Shown here piece after piece: positions 12,866 through 24,550 of a DNA stretch of 64,000 bases; position 1 is the first letter of the stretch, and each line of letters opens with the position of its first letter. The stretch spans positions 9,858,001 to 9,922,000 of the forward strand of contig NC_043024.1 of NCBI RefSeq assembly GCF_006345805.1, given 5' to 3'. The stretch comes from Octopus sinensis. Its lineage: Eukaryota. Under the pieces are notes generated by a model that ran no database searches, was not told the DNA's origin, and saw only the letters and a program-made list of their open reading frames with translations. Made by a program: the position numbers and the translations under genes.

Positions 12866-12884
12866 ATAAGACTCGACAAATGAA

Positions 12885-13340
12885 GTGAGTTCATGGCTCG
12901 TAGGACAGCCTTCTGTGCTAACCTTGAATCGTAAGGTGACCCGCTGTTCTTGAGGAGACCAATTGAGTCAAGTACGTCAACACCAACATCAAAATAAAAA
13001 TCAAATGGAAACTGTAGTTAAGATACCCATGCCAGTGACACATAAAAGCACCATCCGAACGTGGCAGATACCAGTGCCGCCTGACTGGCGTTCGTGTCGG
13101 TGACACGTAAAAGCACCAACCAATCGTGGCCGTTTGCCAGCCTCCTCTGGCCCCTCTGCCAGTGGCACGTAAAAAGCACCCACTACACTCTCGGAGTGGT
13201 TGGCGTTAGGAAGGGCATCCAGCTGTAGAAACTCTGCCAGATCAGACTGGAGCCTGGTGAAGCCCCCATGGCTTCCTAGACCCCGGTCGAACCGTCCAAC
13301 CCATGCTAGCTTAGAAAACGGACGTTAAATGATGATGATG
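12885..13340 (+). mobile_element. SINE-like family C
   Basis: Body and GGACGTTAAATGATGATG tail. Confidence 0.85.
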
Positions 13341-13511
13341 TATGTATGTATGTATATCTATTTCTGTGTGTGTATAAATATATATGTATATCTAGGCACA
13401 CATATGGAAAACGGGTGTTAAATGATGATGAGTGTTATATTCATGCATATATATATGTATGTGTGTGTGTATATATATATATGTAGTTTTTTCACTCTTT
13501 TTTATTATATA

Positions 13512-13899
13512 CTAGCAGTATCGCCCGGCGTTGCTCAGGTTTGTAAGGGAAATAACTATAAAGCATTTTTAGAGAGTTATAGCCAAAAAATAGCAAAAAA
13601 ATGGGAAAAAATGATGGTAAATTTTTTTGAGATTTAAAAAAGGTGGAGTTGCGTCCCCTAGACAGTTTGTGGTTTGTGTTTCTCATTGTGTCGACCCCAT
13701 GTCGAATTTATCGATTTTTTTCAGAACTGGGGGAACTTTTCAAAATTTTCGCTGCGTTAGTTTTGAATTATGACATTGGGCTATGTGTGTATCAAGTTTC
13801 ATCAGAATCGGTTGAAAGCCGTGGTCAGGGTGAGGGTACAAGCAAACAGACACACAGAAACACGCACAGACAAACTGCCGTTTATATATAGAGAGAGAT
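13512..13899 (-). mobile_element. Non-autonomous Helitron-like element
   Basis: Minus strand starts TCTCTCTATATATAAA followed by TGTC repeats. It ends with a GC hairpin (GAGCAACGCCGGGC) and CTAG|T, the Helitron terminal signature. Confidence 0.65.
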
Positions 13900-13924
13900 A
13901 TATATATTTACCATGCTGAACTCA

Positions 13925-14250
13925 ACAAGTTTTTTTTTTTCATTCTCTCTTTGTTTATTTCCTTATATTTCTTTCTGTTGAAGAACCTAGGCTTGAAATG
14001 TAAAAGACTTTTCCATTTTTCCTGACTATCAAACTAATAAAACCTGCTTGTTGTTCCTACACCTGCCTTCATCTTAGCCACTACATACACTTTTTTCTCT
14101 CCTTGTTTTTTTTTCTGTGTCCCTTTCTGTAGAAGAGCGTAGGCTCGAAACGTAAAACACTTTTTCTATTCCTGAGCGTTATACTAATACATCTGGTTGT
14201 TTTCTACACCACCTGTCTTCGTCTTTTGTTTTTTTCGTAAACTCTCCCTA
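13925..14250 (+). mobile_element. Penelope-like remnant with two tandem variant hammerhead-like motifs
   Basis: 13970-14007 (degenerate) and 14122-14158: CTGTAGA-A-GAGC-GTAG-GCTC-GAAAC-GTA. Confidence 0.5.
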
Positions 14251-14389
14251 ATATATATATATATATATATATATTTATCCATGTGAGTGTGTGTGTGTGT
14301 GATAGGGTTCTATATACAGAGATAGATAGATAGATTGAATAGATAGATAGATAGATTAAATAGATAGATAGATAGATAGATAGATAGAT

Positions 14390-14428
<39 letters not shown>

Positions 14429-14448
14429 CTCCATGAATATATATATAT

Positions 14449-14731
14449 AAATTATTACATTATATAAAAGGGCTTAGTAAAATAAATTACTTTGCCGCAT
14501 ACTGAACTCATTAGAAATAGCAGCTAAAAAAACTTTTTTAAAACTATTACTAATACTTAAAGAAAACCCCCATATTTGCGTGAGTTGAATTGAGCAAACA
14601 CTATATGAGAGAGGTTTTCTTTAAGTATTAGTAATAGTTTTAAAAAGTTTTTTTAGCTGCTATTTCTAATGAGTTCAGTATGCGGCAAAGTAATTTATTT
14701 TACTAAGCCCTTTTATATAATGTAATAATTT
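14449..14731. mobile_element. Foldback/MITE with about 118-bp near-perfect inverted arms
   Basis: AAATTATTACATTATATAAAAGGGCTTAG ... CTAAGCCCTTTTATATAATGTAATAATTT. Confidence 0.8.
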
Positions 14732-14812
14732 GAATTCGCCTTAAATGGTCCCTTTGCATGCTGAATACTTGGTGAAATTGATTAATTAATTAATTTTACC
14801 CTCAATTGTTTA

Positions 14813-14848
<36 letters not shown>

Positions 14849-15383
14849 ATATGTGTGTGTGTGTGTGTGCGATAGGCTTCTTTCAGTTTCTGTCTGCCAG
14901 ATCTCCTCAGAAAACTTCGGCCAGTTATATGTTGCTAATAATTCTTCTCCCTGGAGATTAATCTGCTTTTTATGGAGACAACAGAACAAAGTTGAAGGCT
15001 CGGACAAGTTCTGAGAACGTAACATGTCTGGACAAACTTATTACGGAAGTAATTATAATATTTGGCGGCAGTCGTTGCCAACTTATTGACATTTCAATAA
15101 TTTATGGAAGAAAACATTTTATTTTTACATTGAATATTCTCTTTTCTATTAACTTTATAGCGTTAATTGTTTAATAAATCTTGACCCTTCAAGAGTTGGG
15201 GAAGAAAAAGAGGAAGTTTAAAGTTTGGAATCGTTCCAAAGAATCTTTGTTGTTGCCTGGAATTAATATCTGGTGGCTGTGGCAGAACTACAAACAGTGT
15301 TTTGTAATGTGTGTGTGTGTGTGTGTCTGTGTAATTCATGTGATTTTCAAATATGCATATACATATATAATTGTATTTATGAA

Positions 15384-15422
<39 letters not shown>

Positions 15423-15502
15423 GTTAATATGTGTGCGTATGTGTGTATTCATCTACCTATCTATCTAGCTCTCTGTCTGTTTATCTACTACCTACCTTCA
15501 CA

Positions 15503-15533
<31 letters not shown>

Positions 15534-15759
15534 ATATTATATCTATATATAATATATATTACACACATAAATATATATGTATCTATATTTATATATATAT
15601 ATATACATATTTACAACACCACATATGCATACATGCATGCACTGCACACATATATATATAATATATATATATATATATACATACATACATACATACAGTG
15701 CTGCACACACACATATATATATATATAGAGAGAGAGAGAGAGGGATACATATATGTAAT

Positions 15760-16140
15760 TTATATTTACTCTTTCACTCGTTTCAGTCATTTGACTATGG
15801 CCATGCTGGAGCACCGCTTTTAGTTGACCAAATTTACCCCCAGGACTTATCCTTTGTAAGCCTAGTACTTATCCTATCGGTCTCTTTTGCCGAACCGCTA
15901 AGTTACAGGGACGTAAACACACCAGCATCAGTTGTCAAGCGATGTTGGGGGGACAAGCACAGGCACACATACATATACACACACATACATACATATATAT
16001 ATTCCGTCTACCAAATCCACTCACAAGGCTTTAGTTGGTCAGAGGCTATAGTAGAAGACACTTGGCCAAGGTGCCATGTGGTGGGACTGAACCTGGAACC
16101 ATGTGGTTCATAAGCAAGCTACTTACCACACAGCCACTCC
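15760..16140 (-). mobile_element. SINE family A
   Basis: Standard tail and head. Confidence 0.9.
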
Positions 16141-16176
16141 TACAAATTTCTTATACATATATTTGTGTGTATGTAT

Positions 16177-16215
<39 letters not shown>

Positions 16216-16709
16216 TGTATGTATATATAATTCAAATTCCTTGTACATCTGTGTATCACTGTATATGTATATATATGTGTGTGTATGTGTGTGCGTGTAT
16301 GTATATATGTGTGTATATATATATATATATATAGATAGATATAAATATTGATACATATACATGTAATTAATGTCTTTCAAATTTCTTGTGTCTGCATGCA
16401 TGCATGTGTGTGTGTGTGTGTGGTGAGAGAAGAGAGAGAAAGAAAGAGAAAGAGAGAGAGTCAGTGATTGTGTGTATGTGTGTGTAAGAAAATTGAATTA
16501 ATATTTTTTTATACACTGATTCTCCTTGCCCTTAACCCTGTGTGAAATGTCAAGAATTTGTGATTGTTGACATTTGAAATCCTGCACTGTCTTGGAGAGG
16601 AAATGACAGGATTGGTATTTTGGACGAGTTCTGAAGGATTTCTTTTGCATTTGAGTTACGGGGTTTGTGAATGAAGCAATTATTGATGTGTGGAACTTGT
16701 CGCAAGCAC

Positions 16710-17135
16710 TTGAGTTATACATACATGCATACATATGTGCACACATACATACATATGTACGTACATACATACATACATACATACACACATGCATATATAC
16801 GTATGTATGTACATACATACATACACATACATACATACGTATATATGTACATACATACATACACATACATACGTATGTACATACATACATACACATACAT
16901 ACATACGTACATACATATATACTCACATGCACATACATACATATGTATGTACAGACATACATATACACACACACATACATTCATACACACACACACATAC
17001 ATACATATGTACATACATTCATTTATACATGCATACAGACACACATATTCACACATAAATACATACATACATATATTCATACATTCACACATTCATACAT
17101 AAATACATACACACACACATACACATACATACACG
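16710..17135. repeat. (ACAT)n/(AC)n compound microsatellite
   Basis: Direct reading. Confidence 0.95.
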
Positions 17136-17384
17136 TGAAAATGTGTGGCCTAGTGGTTAGGGTGGTTGCACTCACCTCCCCTCCTCCTACACCACCACCA
17201 CCACCCCTCCCCCCCTCTACACCACCACCTCCTCACTTGTGCAAGTCTAATTCAGCTGACAAAAATCAGTCGTACCAGTAATTCAACACAACACACTGCT
17301 TGGTCCAGGAATTGAAACCATGCTCTTACTATTGCCAGTACAATTACCTAATCCATAGACCATGTGCTATGTCGTCAAGTACCC

Positions 17385-18078
17385 TAGTATTTACATTATT
17401 TACATTGACGGATATGGCGTAGTGGTTAAGAGCGCGAGCTACTAACCCCATGATTCTGAGTTCGATTCCAGGCAGTGATCATCATCATCATCATCGTCGT
17501 CGTTTAGCGTCCGCTTTCCATGCTAGCATGGGTTGGACGATTCAACTGGGGTCTGGCAAGCCAGGAGGCTGCACCAGGCCCAGTCTGATCTGGCAATGTT
17601 TCTACGGCTGGATGCCCTTCCTAATGCCATGCCCTTTCTAACACCAGATGCCCTTCCTAACGCCATAATGCCCTTCCTAACGCCATAATGCCCTTCCTAA
17701 CGCCATAATGCCCTTCCTTACGCCAGATGCCCTTCCTAATGCCATAATGCCCTTCCTAATGCCATAATGCCCTTCCTAACACCAGATGCCCTTCCTAATG
17801 CCAATGCCCTAATAATAATAATAATAGCATCGAAAAATATCTTAGGAATGAGAACCCAGGTTAGAAATTTCCCCAAGACACCTGATGAAGGCTGGAGGGT
17901 ATATCAGCCAAAATGTTGTGTTAACAACAAACAAGATGAGGACAAATGTCCATCAAATGTAGATAATGTAAATAATGGTTAATTATCTTCTTTAATTATT
18001 TTTCTACTTTTACATTAGTTAAAAATTATCATCATCATCATCATCATTATTATTATTATCATGAATTCCAGGCAGTGA

Positions 18079-18113
<35 letters not shown>

Positions 18114-18260
18114 TTGAAAAATACCCTAGGAATGAGAACCCAAGTTTGAAATTTCCCCAAGACACCTGATGAAGGTTGGAGGGTATATCAGCCGAAACGC
18201 TGTGTTAACAACTAACAAGATGAGGATTAATATCCGTCAAATGTAAATAATGGAAATAAT
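17385..18260 (+). mobile_element. tRNA-headed element with Penelope-type hammerhead-like tail (two copies), interrupted by a family C fragment
   Basis: Box A TGGCGTAGTGG (17415) and box B GTTCGATTC (17460), then (TAA)n. HHR-like motifs at 17877-17922 and 18161-18206. Family C insertion at about 17480-17810. Confidence 0.65.
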
Positions 18261-18409
18261 GTGGAAGAATAGTTGTTGCTGGTTGCAGGTCCACAATGCC
18301 CCTGTCACGGGTCCACAGCATTTGGACATTTTTACAGTGGTTACATGGTTATCTCTGTGCAACTCGGTGACAAGACGAGAGATACAATGCAGATACTCTT
18401 ACTTTCTTT

Positions 18410-18627
18410 TACTCTTTTACTTGTTTCAGTCATTTGACTGCGGCCATGCTGGAGCACCGCCTTTTAGTCAAGCAAATCGACCCCGGGACTTATTCTTTGT
18501 AAGCCCAGTACTTATTCTATCGGTCCTCTTTTGCCGATCCGCTAAGTGACGGGGACGTAAACACACCAGCATCGGTTGTCAAGCAATGCTAGGGGGACAA
18601 ACACAGACACACAAACCACACTACATA

Positions 18628-18662
<35 letters not shown>

Positions 18663-19200
18663 GACAAGCTTCTCTCAGTTTCTTCCGTCTACCAAATCCA
18701 CTCACAAGGCATTGGTCGACCCGGGGCTATAGCAGACGACACTTTGTCCAAGATGCCACGCAGTGGGACTGAACCCGGAACCATGTGGTTAGTTAGCAAG
18801 CTACTTACCACACAGCCACTCCTGCGCCTATATATATATACATAAATACGACGGGCTTCTTTCAGTTTCCGTCTACCAAATCCACTCACAAGGCATTGGT
18901 CGACCCGGGGCTGTAGCAGAAGACACTTTGCCCAAGATGCCACGCAGTGGGACTGAACCCGGAACCATGTGGTTGGTAAGCAAGCTACTTACCACACAGC
19001 CACTCCTGCGCCTATATATATATATATATACATATATACGACAGGCTTCTTTCAGTTTCCGTCTACCAAATCCACTCACAAGGCATTGGTCGGCCCGGGG
19101 CTATAGCAGAAGACACCTGCCCAAGATGCCACGCAGTGGGACTGAACCCGGAACCATGTGGTTGTTAAGCAAGCTACTTACCACACAGCCACTCCTGCGC
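18410..19200 (-). mobile_element. SINE family A with three tandem heads
   Basis: Heads end at about 18830, 19010 and 19200, each separated by (TA)n. Confidence 0.9.
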
Positions 19201-19839
19201 CTATATGCGGACATATTTTGAAGATGCAGACATATCTTGTTCCAAACTCACAAGGGCTTCTTGCTTCACTCATCAACGTTTGTGACCTTGATTCCATATT
19301 TCTCTTTTCTTGGTGTCACATGTCGTCAAAAAGTACACACACACACACCACACACACACATACATACACAGACACACACAGATAAAATAACACACACACA
19401 CACATCACACATGCATGTGTGTGTATGCACACATAAAGAAAATTGTTATTCAACAGAGTCGTTATGCTTGTTAGCGTGCTGTCTGTATCTGCCTTTATCT
19501 TAATTAGATCAATTAATTTGTACTGGAAAGCCTGACTAACATATGCAAATGTCTTTATCTCCCTCTCTCTCCTTCTCTCTCTCCTCCTCCTCCTCTCTTC
19601 CTCTGCCTTCCTCTCCTCCTCTCTTACGTAGGACATCTCCAATCTGTTACCAAGGTAGACGTGGCTTTGCGCTTAAGGAGTTCGCTTTCTCAACCATGTG
19701 ATTCTCAGTTCAATTTCTTCCATGGCAAATCGGGCAGCTGTCGTCTCTAAGACTCAGCTCGACTACGTGCTTCTAGGTGGAATTTGCTAAATGGAAACTG
19801 TGCAGAATCTTGCTTTATTTGTGTGTGTGTGTGTGTGTG

Positions 19840-20085
19840 TGTGCATCAGTTTTCAAGCGATGTCAGGGAGACAAATACAGGTATACAAATCTATACATAC
19901 ATATACATAAAGATATATATATACGACAAGCTTCTTTCAGTTTCCATCTACCAAATCCACTCACAAGGCTTTGGTTGGCCCGAGGCTATAGCAGAAGACG
20001 CTTGCCCAAGGTACCACACAGTGGGACTGAACTCGGAACCATGAGGTTGGTAAGCAAGCTACTTACCACACAGCCACTCCTGCTT
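19840..20085 (-). mobile_element. SINE family A, partial
   Basis: Head and part of body. Confidence 0.8.
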
Positions 20086-20124
20086 TTGGATTATATATAT
20101 ATATATATACATATATATATAATA

Positions 20125-20330
20125 TATACCGGAGTAAACACATAAATGTGAAACAAGGTGGAAAAAAGAGTACTCAAATACCAGAGGTAGAGTAATATGC
20201 TTTATTTAAAAGCAACAGAATTATAACAAAACCTGTTACTCGGAGTTTCACTGTCTGATGAACAGGAATGTGAAACTCCGAGTAACAGCTTTTGTTAAAT
20301 TTCTGCTGCTTTTAAATAAAGCATATATAT
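20125..20330. mobile_element. Penelope-like element with internal inverted repeat
   Basis: ATACCGGAGTAAACAC...CTCAAATACCAG, then an inverted GCTTTATTTAAAAGC...GCTTTTAAATAAAGC block. Paralogs at 54325 and 55415. Confidence 0.55.
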
Positions 20331-20586
20331 ATATATATATATCCTCATCCAATGCCCCTCCCCTCACAAAAATTTTTTTTTTTTCTCTTGCAAGTACTTG
20401 GTGACCCTGTCAGTGCAGGTGCTACTTAAAAAGCATCAAGTCCACACTGTAAAGTGGTTGGCATTTGGAAGGGCTTCCAGCTGTAAAAACCCTACCAAAA
20501 CTGTCACAGAAGCCTGGTTCAGGCTTCTGCCAGGCCACCTATCGTCAGACTGCCCCACCCATGCCAGCATGGAAGGCAGAGATTTA

Positions 20587-20808
20587 CCCTTTAGTGTTCA
20601 CATTATTCTACCAAAATTAATCCTTTTTTTATCCACATTGTTTTGAACTAATCATGGATTATCTTGTAACTATCAGAATTTGATGAGGTAGCTGTTAATT
20701 TTTAAAATGATATTGTAGGGTTGGTGTGAGAGACCAGATCTGGCCAGTTTGAACATAAAACAGGCAGAATACTTTTGGCCAGATATGACCGGTTTAAATG
20801 CTAAAGGG
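20587..20808. mobile_element. piggyBac-like MITE (degenerate)
   Basis: Termini CCCTTTAG ... CTAAAGGG with degenerate TTAA-like flanks. Confidence 0.5.
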
Positions 20809-21049
20809 TTTGTAACGTTAGTGTAAATATCTTCTCTTGCACTTTTTGGGGGTGCGAGAAGCAATCACTTTCCGTTGCTTTAATAATCCAGATTCTACCA
20901 GTCAGAAACAACAAGACGCAGACGTAAAATATATATATCTACTTCATTCTCTTATGACAGTAACAGATAATTGGTGTATCTGGGTATCCCTTTGGTATAG
21001 ATGTGTCAGAGCTGAACTATATCGCTGTAGAATCTACAGTGTTCAAATG

Positions 21050-21400
21050 CTAACGACACTGGTCAAAGATGGCGTCCGGAAAGAGGAAGATGATGTTGTC
21101 TGCAACAATTTGGTTAAAGCCTTCGGCCGACTGCTATCATAAATGGACAGCGAGAAAATATACGTCCGTTGCCTTCAGTCGCTTTGTCTCAAGTCAATGA
21201 CTGCTGCTGGACGCTAGTGGTCAACGTCCTACGATCCCCCTGCCTCGGCTAACTGCCACGTAGGCAAAAGGGTCATTTCCGGTGCTTGCGCGCGCATGCG
21301 AGAGAGGGCCCTCCTCTCTGCCTTGGTGAAGGCACCAACCAACACCGCACGCGGAAAACAGGGAAGGAGGTGCGCGCGCACCGTTATATAGGATCACTAC
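21050..21400. promoter_or_regulatory. CpG-rich promoter-like island
   Basis: YY1-like AAGATGGCG (21066), ETS-like ATTTCCGGT (21275), NRF1-like GCGCGCGCATGCG (21288) and palindrome GTGCGCGCGCAC. Confidence 0.6.
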
Positions 21401-21639
21401 AGGTTAAACAATGATGACGATGATGATTATGATATATATCAATTCTATATTTATATCACAAAATCTTAGTGTATGCATCAATGCTGTCAATAGAGTACAA
21501 TTTATTAATTTATTGATTAAAATTAGTATTAATTACTTATTTGTAGTTGTACTATTGTGTCTCTTATCTGCTTGTATCAGTCTAATGTACTTTACTAGCT
21601 TATGAAGTACAAGATAACCCCATATATACACACACGTGT

Positions 21640-22142
21640 ACTGGCTCTTTTTCGGTTATGACAACAAGGGTTCCCAGTTGATCTGATCAACGGAACAGCC
21701 TGATTGTGAAATTAATGTGCAAGTGGCCGAGTGCTCCACAGACATACTCTTTTACTCTCTTTACTCTTTTACTTGTTTCACTCATTTGACTGCGGCCATG
21801 CCGGAGCACCGCGTTTAGTCGAGCAAATCGACCCCAGGATTTATTCTTTGTAAGCCTAGTACTTATTTTGTCCATCTCTTTTGCCGAACTGCTAAGTTAC
21901 GGGGGACGTAAACACACCAGCATTGATTGTCAAGCGATGTTGGGAGGACATACACAGACACACAAACATATATGCCGTTACGTTCTGAGTTCAAATTCTG
22001 CCGAGGTCGACTTTCCCTTTCATCCTTTCGGGGTAGATTAAATAAGTACCAGTTACGCACTGGGGCCGATGTAATCGACTTAATCCATTTGTCTGTCCTT
22101 GTTTGTCCTCTCAGTGTTTAGCCCCTTGTGGGTAGTAAAGAA

Positions 22143-22145
<3 letters not shown>
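21640..22145. mobile_element. Cluster of SINE fragments (E/D tail, A tail, B body)
   Basis: Motifs shared with the families above. Confidence 0.8.
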
Positions 22146-22195
<50 letters not shown>

Positions 22196-22507
22196 AATAT
22201 ATAATATATACATATATGTATAAATATACACACGCACATATATGAATAGAAAAACTATTATTTCTCAATCTCTTAACAAGAAACATTCAGTAACAGTACT
22301 CTGGAGTAAATATTATGTGGCAACATATTGTGGTAGACCTAGTTAGGATGGATATTACTGGGGGCTAAATAACAGCAACATTCGTCCTACCCAGGACTGC
22401 CACATTATGTTGGCAAATAATCTTTAGTATATATATGTGTGTATGTGTGTATATATGTATATGTGTGTATATATATGTATATATATGTGTGTGTGTGTGT
22501 GTATATA

Positions 22508-22768
22508 CAGTTGCGGCCAAAAAGTTCAGAACGGCATTGTTTTAGTTAGAAAAGTAGGTATAATTTTTTATCAAAGTTGTTTTATATTCTATCATTTTCA
22601 CAGACAATAAATATGATATTATTTGTTATTGTCTGAGATTTTGGTGTAATTTGAGAGGATAATACAAAAGTTATGGATGATTTAGTGATTTACTGCAAAA
22701 CCTATGATAAAAAATTATACCTACTTTTCTAACGAAAACAATGCTGTTCTGAACTTTGGTCGCAACTG
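22508..22768. mobile_element. Tc1/mariner MITE
   Basis: TA|CAGTTGCGGCCAAAAAGTTCAGAAC ... GTTCTGAACTTTGGTCGCAACTG|TA with about 60-bp TIRs. Confidence 0.85.
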
Positions 22769-22914
22769 TATATATATATGTATATGTGTGTTATATATAT
22801 TTGTAATATATATATATAATATATATATTATATATTATATAGAAATTCGGGGTGAGTACTGATAATTATAAGCACCTGTGTATACCGTTTGGTGGTGTGT
22901 AGGTGGAGTAGTAA

Positions 22915-23407
22915 ATTAATCAAAATAAATAAAAACATGATGCGAAGGATCAGCGGTACATATGTTTCGGTCCTTTATTAGACAGATTTATAACAATGCA
23001 TAATGTATGTCTGTGGCCTTCTTCAGCCGCGCACAACAGCTTCCACAAGGACATGTGTTACAATCAAAAGTTCTTGGTTGGGAATGCAAATCCCTCATTC
23101 ACGTACAACATAATGCGGCAGCAGCATAGAATTGAAGCGTCCATCTCTTTCTTCTCTCATGTACATTGAGAAGAAAAGAGATGGACGCTTCAACTCTATG
23201 CTGCTGCCGCATTATGTCGTACGTGAATGAGAGGATTTGCATCCCCAACCAAGAACTTTTGATGTAACACATGTCCTTGTGGAAGCTGTTGTGCGCGGCT
23301 GAAGAAGGCCACAGACATATATTATGCATTGTTATAAATCTGTCTAATAAAGGCCCCAAACATATGTACCGCTGAATCCTTCGCATCATGTTTTTATTTT
23401 ATTTTGA

Positions 23408-23412
<5 letters not shown>
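22915..23412. mobile_element. About 500-bp near-perfect palindrome of a Penelope-like terminus
   Basis: Arms of about 245 bp centred near 23163 (CATGTACATTG), with a hammerhead motif in each arm. Confidence 0.8.
22953..23030 (-). ncRNA. Minimal type I hammerhead ribozyme motif (Penelope-type), core intact
   Basis: GCGG-CTGAAGA-A-GGCC-[~41 nt]-GGACC-GAAAC-ATAT-GTA-CCGC: stem I GCGG/CCGC, palindromic helix III ACATATGT, cleavage triplet GUA. Confidence 0.6.
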
Positions 23413-23458
<46 letters not shown>

Positions 23459-24024
23459 TTAATAATATATATATATATATATATATGTGTGTATATGTGT
23501 GTATATGTATGTAATATATATATATATATATATACATATATGCACATATAATATACACATGCATACATATATGCACATATATATATATGATTGTTGATGT
23601 CTAACTGTTGCTGGCATGGAAAATGTTTTGTCTTTCGTTTCTGGTTCTCATGGGAATATTCTAAACATTTTTATCTTCATATAAGTGAGGTCACTCTTAG
23701 AACTGTCCTTGTGAAATTTTCATGTCTTTTTAGTAATATTTGAAAAAGCAGTGTGTGTGTGTGTGTGATTTGCTGCAGAAACATTGAACTAACATTATAA
23801 CAATAATTATAACAAATATTCTGCTCAACACCACAGATTTTGATTCTCGGTCGTTTGACATTCGCCAGTTGGCCATGTCCCTTAGTGGTTGACCATTTGT
23901 GCATCTCTGATCATGAGTAGAAGTAGTGGGGGAGCGTCATAGCCATTTGTTGAAAGGAATTGTTTGGGGTTTGAATAATTCACCTCTGGAAACATGGGTG
24001 TTTCATTCAACATTCTTAAACAAT

Positions 24025-24550
24025 AGGCATAGGAGTGGCTGTGTGGTAAGTAGCTTGTTTACCAACCACATGGTTCCGGGTTCAGTCCCACTGCGTGGCA
24101 TCTTGGGCAAGTGTCTTCTACTATAGCCTCGGGCCCACCAAAGCCTTGTGAGTGGATTTGGTAGACGAAACTGAAAGAAGCCCGTCGTATATATGTATAT
24201 ATTATATATATATATATATATAATATATGCATGTGTGTGTTTGTGTCTGTGTTTGTCCCCCTAGCATTGCTTGACAGCCGATGCTGGTGTGTTTACGTCA
24301 CCGTCACTTAGCGGTTCAGCAAAAGAGACTGATAGAATTGTTTGTGTGTCTGTGTTTGTACCCCTAGCATTGCTTGACAACCGATGCTGGTGTGTTTATG
24401 TCCCTGTTACTTAGCGGTTCGGCAATAGAGACCGATAGAATAAGTACTAGGCTTACAAAAGAATAAGTCCCGGGGTCGAGTTGCTCGATTAAAAAGGTGG
24501 TGCTCCAGCATGGCCACAGTCAAATGACTGAAACAAGTAAAAGAGAGAGT
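24025..24550 (+). mobile_element. SINE family A
   Basis: Box A TGGCTGTGTGG, box B GGTTCAGTCC, CTTGGGCAAGT core and full tail. Confidence 0.9.

Noticed and set aside
14978-15048. Possible exon DNRTKLKARTSSENVTCLDKLITE (also 19632-19654 and 25441-25465)
   Set aside because: Weak acceptor or donor, or overlap with SINE remnants. Frames cannot be chained without arbitrary choices.
19240-19310. Minus-strand MESRSQTLMSEARSP with gtgagt donor
   Set aside because: The donor resembles the family A CCTTGTGAGT motif and there is no clear acceptor.
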